DNA of 64,000 nt from Hamiltosporidium tvaerminnensis FI-OER-3-3 (taxonomy: Eukaryota > Fungi > Microsporidia), in contig JAKIMF020000005.1 in assembly GCA_022605425.2 (NCBI GenBank), positions 806,001-870,000 of the forward strand, written 5' to 3'. Below are positions 39,485 through 51,034 of this stretch, in pieces. Numbering within the stretch: position 1 is the stretch's first letter; every line of letters begins with the position of its first letter. The notes beneath the pieces were generated by a model, which ran no database searches, was not told the origin of the DNA, and saw nothing but the letters and a program-made list of their open reading frames with translations. The translations under genes were made by a program, and so were the position numbers.

Positions 39485-41845
39485 ATGATGCTGAATCAAT
39501 GTAATAAAGTAAACATAACACACCCTAGTTATATTATGATAATAAATATATTTCTAAGAGTAGCAAATAAAACTTTGCATTCCCACAGCTTGATGTTAAT
39601 CATTTTACTAACATTAAATATAACAGTTGCTCAACAGACTGTTGCAATACATTTTTATGAGAATAAAGAGAGCACATTGAAAAAGAATTTTTTAGAAAAT
39701 AGCAAATCCGGCATTTTCCAAGACACACCAGATAAAAATTATCAAATATTTCTTGCTAAATTGAGCACGGAATACCCGAAAACATTTTTAATCGATTTAG
39801 TTACTTTTAACTTAAAGTTTTCTAATGAAGAAGAAATTTTAGACGGTCAAACGTATAACATTTATATAAACAATAGTCTGTTAAGTTACGACGAATTTAC
39901 ATATTTTTATAATATAGTAATGAGTTTTCCCTCATTCATTGATATTTTAAATGAATATAACTATAGATTAATATTCACCATTATGAATATATTTAATTTT
40001 AAACACGACAAATATTTTAAACGGTTTATTAGGATTTTATGGGTTTCTGTAGTTTTTAATCCGATTGCGATGGAAAATTGGTATTCAAAAACATCTACGA
40101 GAAACAAATATGAGTATACTTCTTGTGTTTCAAGAATAGCACTCGTGGAGTTGTTAAAACTGTATAGAGTTAGCGAAGAAACGCTTTCAAGTATAAAAAC
40201 TGATAAATTTGATGTTTTAACGTTATTAGGCTTTCAGAATGATATAATATATATAAATGAAGATTATTTATTCATTAATGAATTTACCCTGAAAGAAATC
40301 TTAGCTATACACAAGAAGTCTAAATTTTTTTTAAAAATACTTGACTTTTTCTTTGAAATTCATGTATTTAGAAGTATGGTTCTATTCAATATTTTTTATG
40401 AAAAAAAACACAACGATTTGTTTACCTTATCCCTTTTCAGAACGTGTACAGACATTTTATTATTAAGTTGTGCATTTACAGACGACTTGATCAAAAAACT
40501 CTACCAAGTTTTAAAATCAAAAAGTTTAAAAACATTGAGTATTTTGTACTCAGATTTTTTAACCAAAGATCAAATTTCGTTTTTAAAAACACTTGCTACC
40601 GAAAGATTAAATTATATTGGAAAAAACGAAGGTTCTGCATCATATTTTAGTGTTTCTGAATTTTATTTATCCATTTGCCCTATTTTTTCCGAGATTATAG
40701 ATGAAATGTACAAGTATGAGAAAAATTTAAATATTTTGCCTTTAGACAAACAAATTTCTTTTGATGACTGGCGTAAAAAACTTGATATCAAAATTCATTT
40801 AGCAAAAACAAAAATAGAAGAATACAAACACCTAGAAGCTCCATTCCAAGCATATATATCTATGGAATTATCTAGCAAATTTTCGACATATAGCTTCACG
40901 ACGGTAAATTTAAAAAAAATAAACCAAATCCAAGTATATTTTATGTGTGCTAATCTCACAAATTTTAGCTTAGGTGAATATGAAATATGCCGCGATATAG
41001 TGAGCATGAAATTTACTCTTACGAAAATTGATAATATTTTTCTCTCAAAAATTCTATTATTCACTTCTTTAAAAGAGCTAAGATTTTTTAGGGCTACAGT
41101 GTTGCTTCCTAACAAGGTAACTAACATCGATAATAATACAAAAATCGAGAATATAATATTTACGAATTCTTCGGTAGATAATCAGCATAATTTTGTTCAA
41201 TTCTTGAACCAAATGGTTGGTCTGAGAAAACTGGAAATCTCTTCGCCGGGAAAAAATTCATCTCCATTTGTATGGGGTTCTGGATATTTAAATTTGAAGT
41301 TAATGAATTTAACTTTATTGAAGTATTCCGATTTAAGTAATTTGGGAGTTGATTTATTTTCTTTTCCAGATTTTCCAGTTCTTGAAGAATTCGAGTTGGC
41401 TTATAAATGTACAGAAGGTACAATTCATAACATTTTTGCAAATAGGAATTTTAATTTTCTTCAAAAATTATACTTTAGTGGAGCTAAGTTGGGTAAAAAA
41501 GACGAGCATTCTTTAGAAAAATTTACAGATCTTCTTTACCTGAGGTTTTCTTGTAATTGCAAATTTTCAGATCTAAAACTTTCGCAACTTTTCAATTTAA
41601 ACAATACTTATAAACTTAAAGAACTTGCGATTTATGATATAGAAATAGATTATTGCGACTTGGTTTTTATATCAAATCTTAAGTCTCTTGAAAACCTCAC
41701 TATTGAACGCATAGCGTCGCAAATCAAAGTTGCAATCGTGGCAAAAGCTTTCATTTCAATCCAAAAAATTGAAATTGCAAATATTATGATTTCAAAATCT
41801 GAAATTTTTGAAGAATTTGGTACAAGACTAAAAATGAAAAGATAG
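39485..41845 (+). CDS. LRR-like protein family B, probable signal peptide
   Basis: 786 aa. Leader MLIILLTLNITVA/Q and LRR-like motifs LKELRF, LRKLEIS, LQKLYFS, LKELAI, LENLTI. The true start may be a downstream ATG. Confidence 0.85.
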   Translation: MMLNQCNKVNITHPSYIMIINIFLRVANKTLHSHSLMLIILLTLNITVAQQTVAIHFYENKESTLKKNFLENSKSGIFQDTPDKNYQIFLAKLSTEYPKTFLIDLVTFNLKFSNEEEILDGQTYNIYINNSLLSYDEFTYFYNIVMSFPSFIDILNEYNYRLIFTIMNIFNFKHDKYFKRFIRILWVSVVFNPIAMENWYSKTSTRNKYEYTSCVSRIALVELLKLYRVSEETLSSIKTDKFDVLTLLGFQNDIIYINEDYLFINEFTLKEILAIHKKSKFFLKILDFFFEIHVFRSMVLFNIFYEKKHNDLFTLSLFRTCTDILLLSCAFTDDLIKKLYQVLKSKSLKTLSILYSDFLTKDQISFLKTLATERLNYIGKNEGSASYFSVSEFYLSICPIFSEIIDEMYKYEKNLNILPLDKQISFDDWRKKLDIKIHLAKTKIEEYKHLEAPFQAYISMELSSKFSTYSFTTVNLKKINQIQVYFMCANLTNFSLGEYEICRDIVSMKFTLTKIDNIFLSKILLFTSLKELRFFRATVLLPNKVTNIDNNTKIENIIFTNSSVDNQHNFVQFLNQMVGLRKLEISSPGKNSSPFVWGSGYLNLKLMNLTLLKYSDLSNLGVDLFSFPDFPVLEEFELAYKCTEGTIHNIFANRNFNFLQKLYFSGAKLGKKDEHSLEKFTDLLYLRFSCNCKFSDLKLSQLFNLNNTYKLKELAIYDIEIDYCDLVFISNLKSLENLTIERIASQIKVAIVAKAFISIQKIEIANIMISKSEIFEEFGTRLKMKR

Positions 41846-44094
41846 GTTTATAGATTTATACAGATACTAACAATACATATAAAATAGTATTTTTTGGTCT
41901 TCGAAAATATATTAGCTAAGAAATAATGTAGCTATTCTTTGTTCGAAGTAAATTTAATTTCAAAAAAACTTAAAAAATAAAAAATTAATTTTTAAATGCC
42001 GTTTATTCTTAAAATCTATAATTACTCTAATTTTACTTGGTTTTTAATGTCGATGGTCATTTAACATTTGTCATTTTTTATACACACCCTCTAAATTCTT
42101 TATATATATTTCAATCCCGTTATTTTGATTACTTTTTATTTCTCAAACAGTCTTCTTTTAAACCCACAGATTCTTAAAAAAGGTTATTTTATTTGTTAAG
42201 TAAATCAAAATCGATAATTAAAAAATGCTTGATTATTTGGTTCGTGCTTCGTCTAATTAATTTGTCGTAATTTTAGACTAATAGTTCAACAATTATAAAA
42301 AGTGAAAACATTTTTTTTTAGAAAAAAATAATTTCAATACGCCTTAGTATGGCATTGTAAACTGTTTTAATATGCATTTAACATTTTTTACTGAAAAATG
42401 TTGCTTTTAATGAATAGAATCACATTAAAAATTGAATAAATTCAAAAGAGTCAAAATGAGAGCGTAATACTCTTTATTTGAGTTAAAGTGTATTCAGTAA
42501 GATTTGATTTCTAAACTAAAAAAAATTTAGCAGCCGAATCAATTTTGTTCACCAAATTTTTTTTATAATGTTGATATGTATTTTATCAAGTAGAATAGTC
42601 TCTCATGCCTCGATATAGTTAGGTATTCTTAATATTACTGGTGCTAGTGGCGCAATTGATTTGTCATTCGCTACCTGGGCAACATGCAAGCCTTATCGAA
42701 TAATTTTACATCTTTTCAAATAACAGCAGCAGAAAATACTTCAATAGAAGGCAAAATCTTATTTAGCTCATTTTAGGTTATTATACCTAAAAAAGATGGA
42801 GTTTTCAAACTTATTGATCCGAGGAATTGCGTAAGCGTGTTTCTTTTATGTGTTATGACATATCAATAATATTAATGAAAAAAGCAAACATTTTTAAATT
42901 TTCATTATCTCATCGTTGATGTAGTTTAATCTCTACCATATTTATAAAGCGAATTAATACGTAAGGTTTGGGTTTCGGTTTTACATGCCATAGATTTCTT
43001 TGTATAGACCGATACTTAAAAAATCCATGAACCGTTCAAGAAATTTATTTTAAATTTCCACAATTTCGAATTTTATTACTACCTGATACTGTTTTAACAA
43101 ACAAAAAATTCTGACCATCTATTACTGACCTATTAGTTTGTTAATAATCAGAAATACTGGACAGTTTTTGTGTATGTATCAATTACATTAAGAATCCAGC
43201 AATATTGTTTATTATCCATAATCTCTCAATTTCTACTTATTCTTGTATATTATCCAGTTTTTAAAAGTATTACTGGTAATTACATTTTCCTTTGTAGTTT
43301 TATAACTTAAATCTACAATGTTTTAGTTTCTATATATTTTACTATGATATAAACTATAACTTAGAAAAAAAGAAGAAGTTGAAATCTTTAAATGTATTTT
43401 TACAGTTTTTTACAATGTCAATTACCAGTATATGTTTTTTAAAATAACTTTTAAGCTTTATAATACTTTCAAAAGCAGAAACAGAAATCTGCTAAAAAAA
43501 ATAAAGAAAAAAATATTTTTTTGCTTCGATTATGTTCATATATAACATTACAATTAATTTATTCTAAACAATCCTAAGAGTAGATGAATGCGAAATAAAG
43601 GGAAGGAAGTGATACAGGAGATGCATAAGAATAACTGTACATTAACAGAAAATGAAGTATGGAAATAAAAAGGATGTATAAAAACAAAGAGTATTATAAA
43701 AAGTAAAAAGTGTATGATCAAAACCCAAAACCTTTTAGAAGGAAGGGTTTAATAGACTTAACAATTACTTATATAAATACAAAGAGAAGGAGACTAAAAA
43801 ATATTTTTCAACAAATAACAATTAAAAAAATTAAAAAAAATTCAAAATAAGACAAAATTACAAATAACAGAAAAGAAATAAATAAGAAACTCATAAAATT
43901 AAGAATCTTAGACGATATAAAAAATTCTTTGACTAAAAATCTCATACGATAAAAAAAATTATTTAAATAAAAAATTATTTGAATAAAAATTTATTAAAGT
44001 AAAAAACTATCAAAGTACAAAATCTTACACGATAAAAAATATTATTTGATTAAAAAATCTTATACGATGTAAAAATTATTGGAATAAAAAACTA

Positions 44095-44196
44095 TTAGAA
44101 TAATAAATAACTATTAAAATTATGAATCTTAAATAATAAATAAATATTAAAATTATGAATCTTAAATAATAAATAACTATTAAAATTAAGAATCTT
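44095..44196 (+). repeat. ~33-bp AT-rich tandem repeat x3 upstream of the FHA gene
   Basis: aataataaataactattaaaattatgaatctta repeated. Confidence 0.7.
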
Positions 44197-44342
44197 ACAA
44201 AGTAAAAAAACTTATAAAACCAATATTTTATTTAATTTACTTGTAATTAAAAAAATATTTAAACCTGAAAATTTGTATTCTTTTTTTTAAGAATTAATTC
44301 TCAGTTTTTTTTTATAATTTTTTAATTTCTTAAACCCCATAA

Positions 44343-47054
44343 ATGAAACAAAGGTATTCTATTGTTCAGCTATCAGAAACTAACAAACCAAAAACACAAA
44401 TCTATACTTCTAAGGATTGTGTGACACTAGGACGTGCACTGAACAATGACTTACGTGTTCAACAAAATGGAATAGAAAATAAGCATTTGGAAATGAATCT
44501 TAAGAATAAGACACTGTTAGCGTATGGATCGGACGTAAAAATTAATGATTTTCCTGTTTCTACAAACACTATAACTTCTTTTAATTTCAATGATAAAATT
44601 AGTATTAAAGATACGCATTTCTCGGTACAAATCGATGAAACAAATGATGATGGGGTTGGTGATAAGAGTACTTTGTCTAATTTAGTTGATACTCCGTTCT
44701 TTTCACCGTCACCTCTTAAATTTAATCCTTCACCACAAAAACCACGTAGATCTGTTGAACCGCATCCATCTGTTTTAACACCTTCGTACGATCAATCTAC
44801 TACCACTTCGGATTATAATTTGTATTTGCAACCGCCTGTAAGAAATGTTAAACAAACGAGTTCGGATTTTCTTGATGTTTCACAACCAAAATTAAATCAT
44901 GAAGAATCTTTTCTTGCTCAAACAGAAGATGGCTTGAGTAGTGAAATAAAAAATGATTTGAATAAAGAAATTGGAGTTTTGGAAAGTCCTGTGGAAAGGA
45001 TGGTTGATGGTTTGAGTAGTGAAATAAAAAATGATTTAAATAAAGAAATTGGAATTCTAGAAAGTCCTTTGGAAAAAACAGTGGATGAATTTTTGGAAAA
45101 AAAAGACATAATTTTAGAAACATTTCTAACGAAAAGTGAAATTTTAGATTCAAATTCGGATTTAAAAAATGAAAAAAATGTCAGTAAAATTCCCGGAATA
45201 TTTTCTAAATCTGATGAACTGAATATTTTAAACAACGCAATAAATGAAGAAAATTCAGATGGAATTGTAACGATTAAGAGAGAAACAGTTACAGAAACAA
45301 TAAATAATGGAACTAAAGAAGTGACAAAAGAAGTAATTGAAGAGATCGTTGAAACGGAGACAAAAACATTTTTTGGATTAGAAGAAGCAATAGATCGTGA
45401 AGCGAAAAGAGTTGATGAAGAAATCAAATCAAACGTTGAAAAGATTACAGAAGGATCTGTAAATATTCCTGTAAGTCCTGAAATGGTGAAACATCCGCAT
45501 ATCGATTTACACGCGGCTGTCCTTGAAAAAAATATTTTAAAAAATGCCAAAGATGTGTTGGAAGAAGAAGTCAGGGACAAAGTTGAAATTGAAAGGAGTT
45601 TGAAAGATCGTGAAAGCATGGAATCAAACAAGATATTTCAACTGCAACCGTCCATTGAAATTTTGGAAAGCGAATCCTTAGAAGGTTCAAATTTAATAAC
45701 CAAAAGATTAAGCGACGGGGATGAAAAAATACCTGATTTGAGAATTAAAAGAATTAAAAAAGAAGAAGGAGATGAAATATTAGAAGAGGATGATTCAAAA
45801 ATTACAAAAGATATTATCACAGAACCAATAATAGAAGAAATTCCAATGAAAAATGATGTTGAAGAAGTAGAAAAGGAATTGGAGTATAAAGAAGAAGGGC
45901 CTAAATCAACTTTGGAAGTATTTGAAGAAAAAGAAGGTGAATTAAAGAATAAATCTGAGGAGAGTGAACAAGAAAAAAATAAAATTGAAAAGCAAGAATC
46001 CAATGTTGAAAAACCCGAAGTAAAAAGAAAAAGAGGAAGAAAACCTAAAGAAAGAAAACCGGAAGATGAAGTTATAAAAGTAAAAGGTAAACGAGGTAGA
46101 AAACCTAAAAATAAAGAAGAAAAGAAAATTGAAGAAGAAGGTGTAATAAAAACGAAGGGTAAAAGGGGTAGAAAACCAAAGAATCATAATAAAGTAGAAA
46201 ACAAAGAAGAAAATAAAGAAGGGGAAATTATAAAGAAAAAAGGGAAACGAGGTAGAAAACCAAAAGGAGAAAAAAAAGCAGAAAATTTAGATGACAAGAA
46301 AATTGAAAATGAAGGTAAATCGACGGAAAACAATATTCCCAATTCAGAAGAAATTTTGAAGAAAAAGGATATTTCAGTAGAAAACGCGATCAGTCCTAGG
46401 AAAAGAGGAAGACCTTCCCATAAAAAAGATTCTTCTGGTGAAAAACATAAAGAATCAGAAAAAAACGAAGAAAGTAAATTCAAAAAAGAAGAAACAAAAG
46501 ACAAAAATTTTTATGAACTTGAAGAAAAGAAATATTCTTCTAAAGAAAGTGAAGGAAATGATTTAATAAAGGAAAAAGAACAGAGAAAAAGCAGTAAAAA
46601 TAATTCTAAGGAAAGTGAAGAAAAGGATTTGATAAAGGAAAAAGAACAGAGAAAAAGCAGTAAAAATAATTCTAAGGAAAGTGAAGAAAAGGATTTTATA
46701 AAGGAAAAAGAACAGAGAAAAAGCAGTAAAAATGATAAATCTTCAAAGAAAAACCGACATGGAAAACATAAAAGTTCTAAAGAGGAAGAAACATCAAAAT
46801 CTAAAACTTCATCTACCGAATCTTCTTCCTTAACCAGGAAACCAAGAAGATCAAGTTTTAATAGTAGCACTGAAACAAATAAAAATATAAAAAAGTCCGA
46901 AGTAAATAAATTGAATTCAAAAAAATATGAAAAAAGTGACAAAAAACAACAAAGAGAAACCAGTTCAGAAGATAAAAATAAAATTAAGAAAAAAAGAAAA
47001 TCTGCTGCTGTTTCTAACACACCAACAAGTTCAAGTAAAAAATCGAAAAAGTAA
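44343..47054 (+). CDS. FHA-like domain protein with acidic middle, five AT-hook-type motifs and a K/S-rich tail (903 aa)
   Basis: CVTLGRALNNDLRVQ...NKH at the N-terminus, KRGRKPK x4 plus RKRGRP, internal 26-aa x2 and 22-aa x3 repeats. CCCC before the ATG and AATAAA at 47065-47070. Confidence 0.85.
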   Translation: MKQRYSIVQLSETNKPKTQIYTSKDCVTLGRALNNDLRVQQNGIENKHLEMNLKNKTLLAYGSDVKINDFPVSTNTITSFNFNDKISIKDTHFSVQIDETNDDGVGDKSTLSNLVDTPFFSPSPLKFNPSPQKPRRSVEPHPSVLTPSYDQSTTTSDYNLYLQPPVRNVKQTSSDFLDVSQPKLNHEESFLAQTEDGLSSEIKNDLNKEIGVLESPVERMVDGLSSEIKNDLNKEIGILESPLEKTVDEFLEKKDIILETFLTKSEILDSNSDLKNEKNVSKIPGIFSKSDELNILNNAINEENSDGIVTIKRETVTETINNGTKEVTKEVIEEIVETETKTFFGLEEAIDREAKRVDEEIKSNVEKITEGSVNIPVSPEMVKHPHIDLHAAVLEKNILKNAKDVLEEEVRDKVEIERSLKDRESMESNKIFQLQPSIEILESESLEGSNLITKRLSDGDEKIPDLRIKRIKKEEGDEILEEDDSKITKDIITEPIIEEIPMKNDVEEVEKELEYKEEGPKSTLEVFEEKEGELKNKSEESEQEKNKIEKQESNVEKPEVKRKRGRKPKERKPEDEVIKVKGKRGRKPKNKEEKKIEEEGVIKTKGKRGRKPKNHNKVENKEENKEGEIIKKKGKRGRKPKGEKKAENLDDKKIENEGKSTENNIPNSEEILKKKDISVENAISPRKRGRPSHKKDSSGEKHKESEKNEESKFKKEETKDKNFYELEEKKYSSKESEGNDLIKEKEQRKSSKNNSKESEEKDLIKEKEQRKSSKNNSKESEEKDFIKEKEQRKSSKNDKSSKKNRHGKHKSSKEEETSKSKTSSTESSSLTRKPRRSSFNSSTETNKNIKKSEVNKLNSKKYEKSDKKQQRETSSEDKNKIKKKRKSAAVSNTPTSSSKKSKK

Positions 47055-47144
47055 AAAGTTTAAGAATAAATTCTTGTTTTATTTATTTTTATAAAATTTC
47101 AATTTTATTTTTATAAATTTATAAATTCTTTCTTATTACTATCA

Positions 47145-50100
47145 ATGGGTAGAAAGAAAAATGTTAGCAGCGAAATATCGAAAAATACCAAAATAAAGGC
47201 TGCAAACGACGCTGATGAGTTAAAGAAGAGTGATAGTGAGGTACAAAAATGTAAGCTACACCCACCGGCGATTTCCCTACCTTCCTCCTCCTAGACAACA
47301 ATAACACCTCCACCACCAAGCCAAACATGCAGTAAAATGCAAAATAGTGGGCTTGACACCTTACCTTCACCTAATACATCAGTTCCCTCTTCGGTTGAAG
47401 TCTCTGCGTGCGAGCCATCGTACGACATGACAATCCCCTGTGCTCTAGCTATTCCGGAAGGTAACAGGCTAATGGCATTGCGGACGATATTCGACTCCGT
47501 AACAGCCGACTCGAAGGAATGGCCTCGAATTGTTTTTTTTTGCCGTACAGACAAGGTTTGAAAGAATGCCAAGAAATGGCTGGACAGAGCTTCACAGGTA
47601 CTATAATGAGAAATTCGGCTGCACTGAAACTCTCGAAGTGTTAAAAAAATTGGCACAAAGTGAGATGGGAAAGGAAGTAAAATCAGAAGAGAATGGAGAG
47701 CGACGTAGAATCGCCACTTGTCTTGCTGATACATGCACCTTGACCGACACCACGGAGTACATAAACCTGAGAGATAAATTCTTGAGTAAAATCAAAGAAA
47801 TCTCGGAAAACGAAATTGGAAAAGTGGTGGTCCGAACTAGAAAACATCCAAATGAATTGGTTGATAGTAAAGTTCTGGATCTCATTAATCGAGTAGTCGG
47901 TGAATATGCAGGAGCTCATGTACCTGAGTCAATTACGGAAGCCGCGTATATCATGCAAGCTGCGCAGGTATGCTATGACGAGGCAACAAGCAAAGAAAAG
48001 CCTAGATCCGCTTGGAAGGAAAACATAGAAAGTAAAATTTCTAAGTTAGTACTCTTCAAAGATCTTCTCGAGAAGGCCCGTAAGCAGGAAAAGCTCTCCA
48101 CTTCGGAAACGAAGAGCCTTAAGAAAATCATGCGAGTGTTTAATTTAAACTTGAGCAGCGTAACTGATCTTTCTGAGGCTTTAGTTAAAAAGAATGAGTC
48201 TTTGAACGTTTACGAGAAAAAAATTACGATGCATGAAAGTAGGAAGCAATTCCGAAAAGAGAATCGTATGTTTGAGCTTTTCCGAGGTCGATTTTATCGT
48301 GGGTTATCCGAGCGTGTGGAATCCGAGCATGTGGTTAGTCGTGATGAAATTGTGAGTTTTTGGTCTACAATGTGGAACAAAAATAATGACACAGTCACGT
48401 ATGATGATTATTTGATTCCATTTGTATCAGATAATCATCCGACCACGTTTCCTTCACTTGATGAATTTGTAAATATCATTAATTGGCTCCCTAATTCGAA
48501 AGCTGCTGGAATTGATGGTATTTACAATTTTTTCATTAAGAAACTTACAACTCTTCACAAATATATTTATGATATTGTGAAAGTTATATGTTTAGAAGGA
48601 ACAACACAAGCTGATTGGTTTTACTGCGGGCTTACCTATTTGATACCCAAAGGAAGTCCACGAAGAGGCTCTGACTACAGGCCAATCACTTGTATGTCCA
48701 ACCTCTATAAGTTAACGACAAAGTGTGTGACGAAAGTCGTTCAAATTGAAGTGGAAAGGCGAGGGTTGCTTGCAGAGAACCAATTAGGGGCGGTAAGAGG
48801 TGTGCAGGGTGCGAAAGAGCAGGCTCTACTGAATATTGCCTTAAATAAAGAGTATAGAAATAATCTTAAGGCAACATGGATTGATGTTAAAAAAGCTTAT
48901 GATTTAATAGATCATACTTATTTAACTCAATTCATAGAAAACCTTAATTTACCTGATTGGATCCTGAAATTTATTCAGGTAATTATATCTAAATGGAAAA
49001 TTGATATATCAGTAGGGCCTGAAAAAATCATGAGCAAGAAGATTGATAGAGGGATTCTACAAGGAGATAGTTTGTCACCTTTGTTATTTGTGTTGTGTAT
49101 GGATCCATTAAGCCGAACGCTTAATGAAAAATACACAAAAGTGACAGTACAAACAGATACAGAATCCTATTCTACTAATCATCTCTTGTTTATTGATGAT
49201 CTTAAGCTCCTTGCAAAAGATAGCTCCACATTGAGTGCTATGACAGGCGAGGCAAAGGAATTTTTAGAGGTGATTGGCTTAGAGATTAACAAAGAGAAGT
49301 CATTCACAAATGATACGTGTTCTGAAGATACTGCTACTCTTCTAGAAGGTGTTAGTGTTTACAAATATTTAGGAATAATAGAAGATAGCAGAGGAATATC
49401 AACACCTAGCTCATTTGAAGAAGTACAGAGCAAACTTATATCTAGAGTTGAAAGACTTTGTCACGCTAGATTAAATGCAAAAAAATTATTTTCTGCAATC
49501 AATCAACATGCGATATCGTTAATCAACTATCACATAGGAGTACTTCTACTTGAACCGGCTGACTTCTCTAAGTTAGATAATACAGTGCGTGCGGTGTTGG
49601 TGAAGAATAAAATACATCTCCGCCCAGGATGTAAAGAGCGTTTATACCTTCCTAGAACAGAACTTGGAAGAGGCCTACATAGTGTTGAGTTGCGAAGCGA
49701 ACATATGCTTCTGCAACTCTTGGATTGTCTGGAAAAAAGTAAAGAAATAACAACTAGACGAGCAGCAATCCTCATGGTGGAGAATAATAATAAAACCTAT
49801 CTTGCACTAATAAAAGGCTTCTTAAAAATAAAGTACAGGTTGGTAGAAGAAGTCACTAAGAAAAGTTTAGAAGAAGCTCAACTTGCAAAACTATATAACG
49901 AAATAGAAAAACGAAAACTCCATATAAAGTTATATAATGCAAGAAAAAATGAGCTTGTGAGTGTTAGTGACTCTTTAAGATGGTTAAAGAGAATAAATAT
50001 TAGGCCACGAAATGAAGCTGTCTTCTGCTATATCCAGGATAGAAATGTATTCTGGGGAGCAGATGGTGTGTGTCAACATTGCGGGAAGTCTGGTAAGACT

Positions 50101-50870
50101 GTAGATCATCTAGCAACTAGATGTGAAAAAATGCTAGGCCATGATTACACTAGACGGCATAATGAAGTGGTTAGATACCTACACTTACTTTTCTTAAATA
50201 GATATAAATTTAGGTCTTCAAAACGAATTAGGAGTCACTCAGTTCAAGAAATTCTTGATAATGAGTATGCAGAGATAAGAGTGAACTCCAGAATAAAAAC
50301 TGATGTTAAAATTTGGAATAACAGACCCGACATATTTATTTTAGATAAGAAGAAGAATATGATAACACTTATTCAAGTAGGAATCACTTCCCAAGATTCA
50401 CTTCAAATAGTTGAAACTGAAAAACTTAGGAAGTATGACCTGTTAGCCAATGAGTTGGGTCTTATTTATAAGTGTAGTGTTGAGATAATCCCTTATGTGA
50501 TGACCTGGGACGGTATTGTGACAAAATACCATAAATCTCATCTTAAAAGACTAGAAATACCCATGAATGTAGAAGCATACATTCAGTCTATAGTACATAA
50601 GAAAACAGTCGAAACAATTTCCTTTGATCGACGAAGAGGACTTGAATCAGAACTAAATGCCGAAGAGAGCTGGGAGAGAGCGTCAATGGGTGTTATTATG
50701 AGATCAGAGATGCACGAGGAACAACACCCTCTTTAAAAGAAGAGAAAAGCGAGGAAGATGAGGCAAAAAATTTTAAACCAAAAAATAAAGCACCCTTTAT
50801 TTTACAAGGAGGAACCACTTTAGAGGAACCGACCAATAACATAAGTGAAGAGTCGGATTTGGAAGAATAG
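47145..50870 (+). pseudogene. LINE polyprotein ORF with lesions (largest open segment 47530-50736)
   Basis: ATG at 47145, in-frame TAG at 47292-47294, frameshift in the T9 run at 47533-47541, and a second frameshift near 50720 before the acidic tail. Confidence 0.8.
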
Positions 50871-50958
50871 ACAAAAGTGATTTAGAGGTTAAAGAGGTAG
50901 AAGAAACATATAAAAATGGTAAAAATATTTTAACCCAGAATTTTATTAAATAAAAAAA
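47145..50958 (+). mobile_element. Near full-length non-LTR retrotransposon, R4/Dong type (RT plus restriction-like endonuclease)
   Basis: RT motifs KAAGIDG, DYRPITC, WIDVKKAYD, GILQGDSLSPLLF, LFIDD; CCHC knuckle CQHC..HLATRC; RHN; RPDI; KLRKY. The 3' end cagaattttattaaataaaaaaa is shared with the 52.2-53.0 kb copy. Confidence 0.93.
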
Positions 50959-51034
50959 TATGGTTTTTATCACTTAGAATTCAATTGATTTGTAATTTAA
51001 AATAAAAAATTGTAAATTTATGAGTATAAATGAT

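Noticed and set aside
44848-47020. Several minus-strand ORFs of up to 237 aa
   Set aside because: They are antisense shadows of the A-rich, low-complexity FHA/AT-hook gene.
47211-47220. CTGATGAG hammerhead-like core near the LINE 5' end
   Set aside because: No stem II or GAAA partner is found, and it lies in coding frame (ADE).
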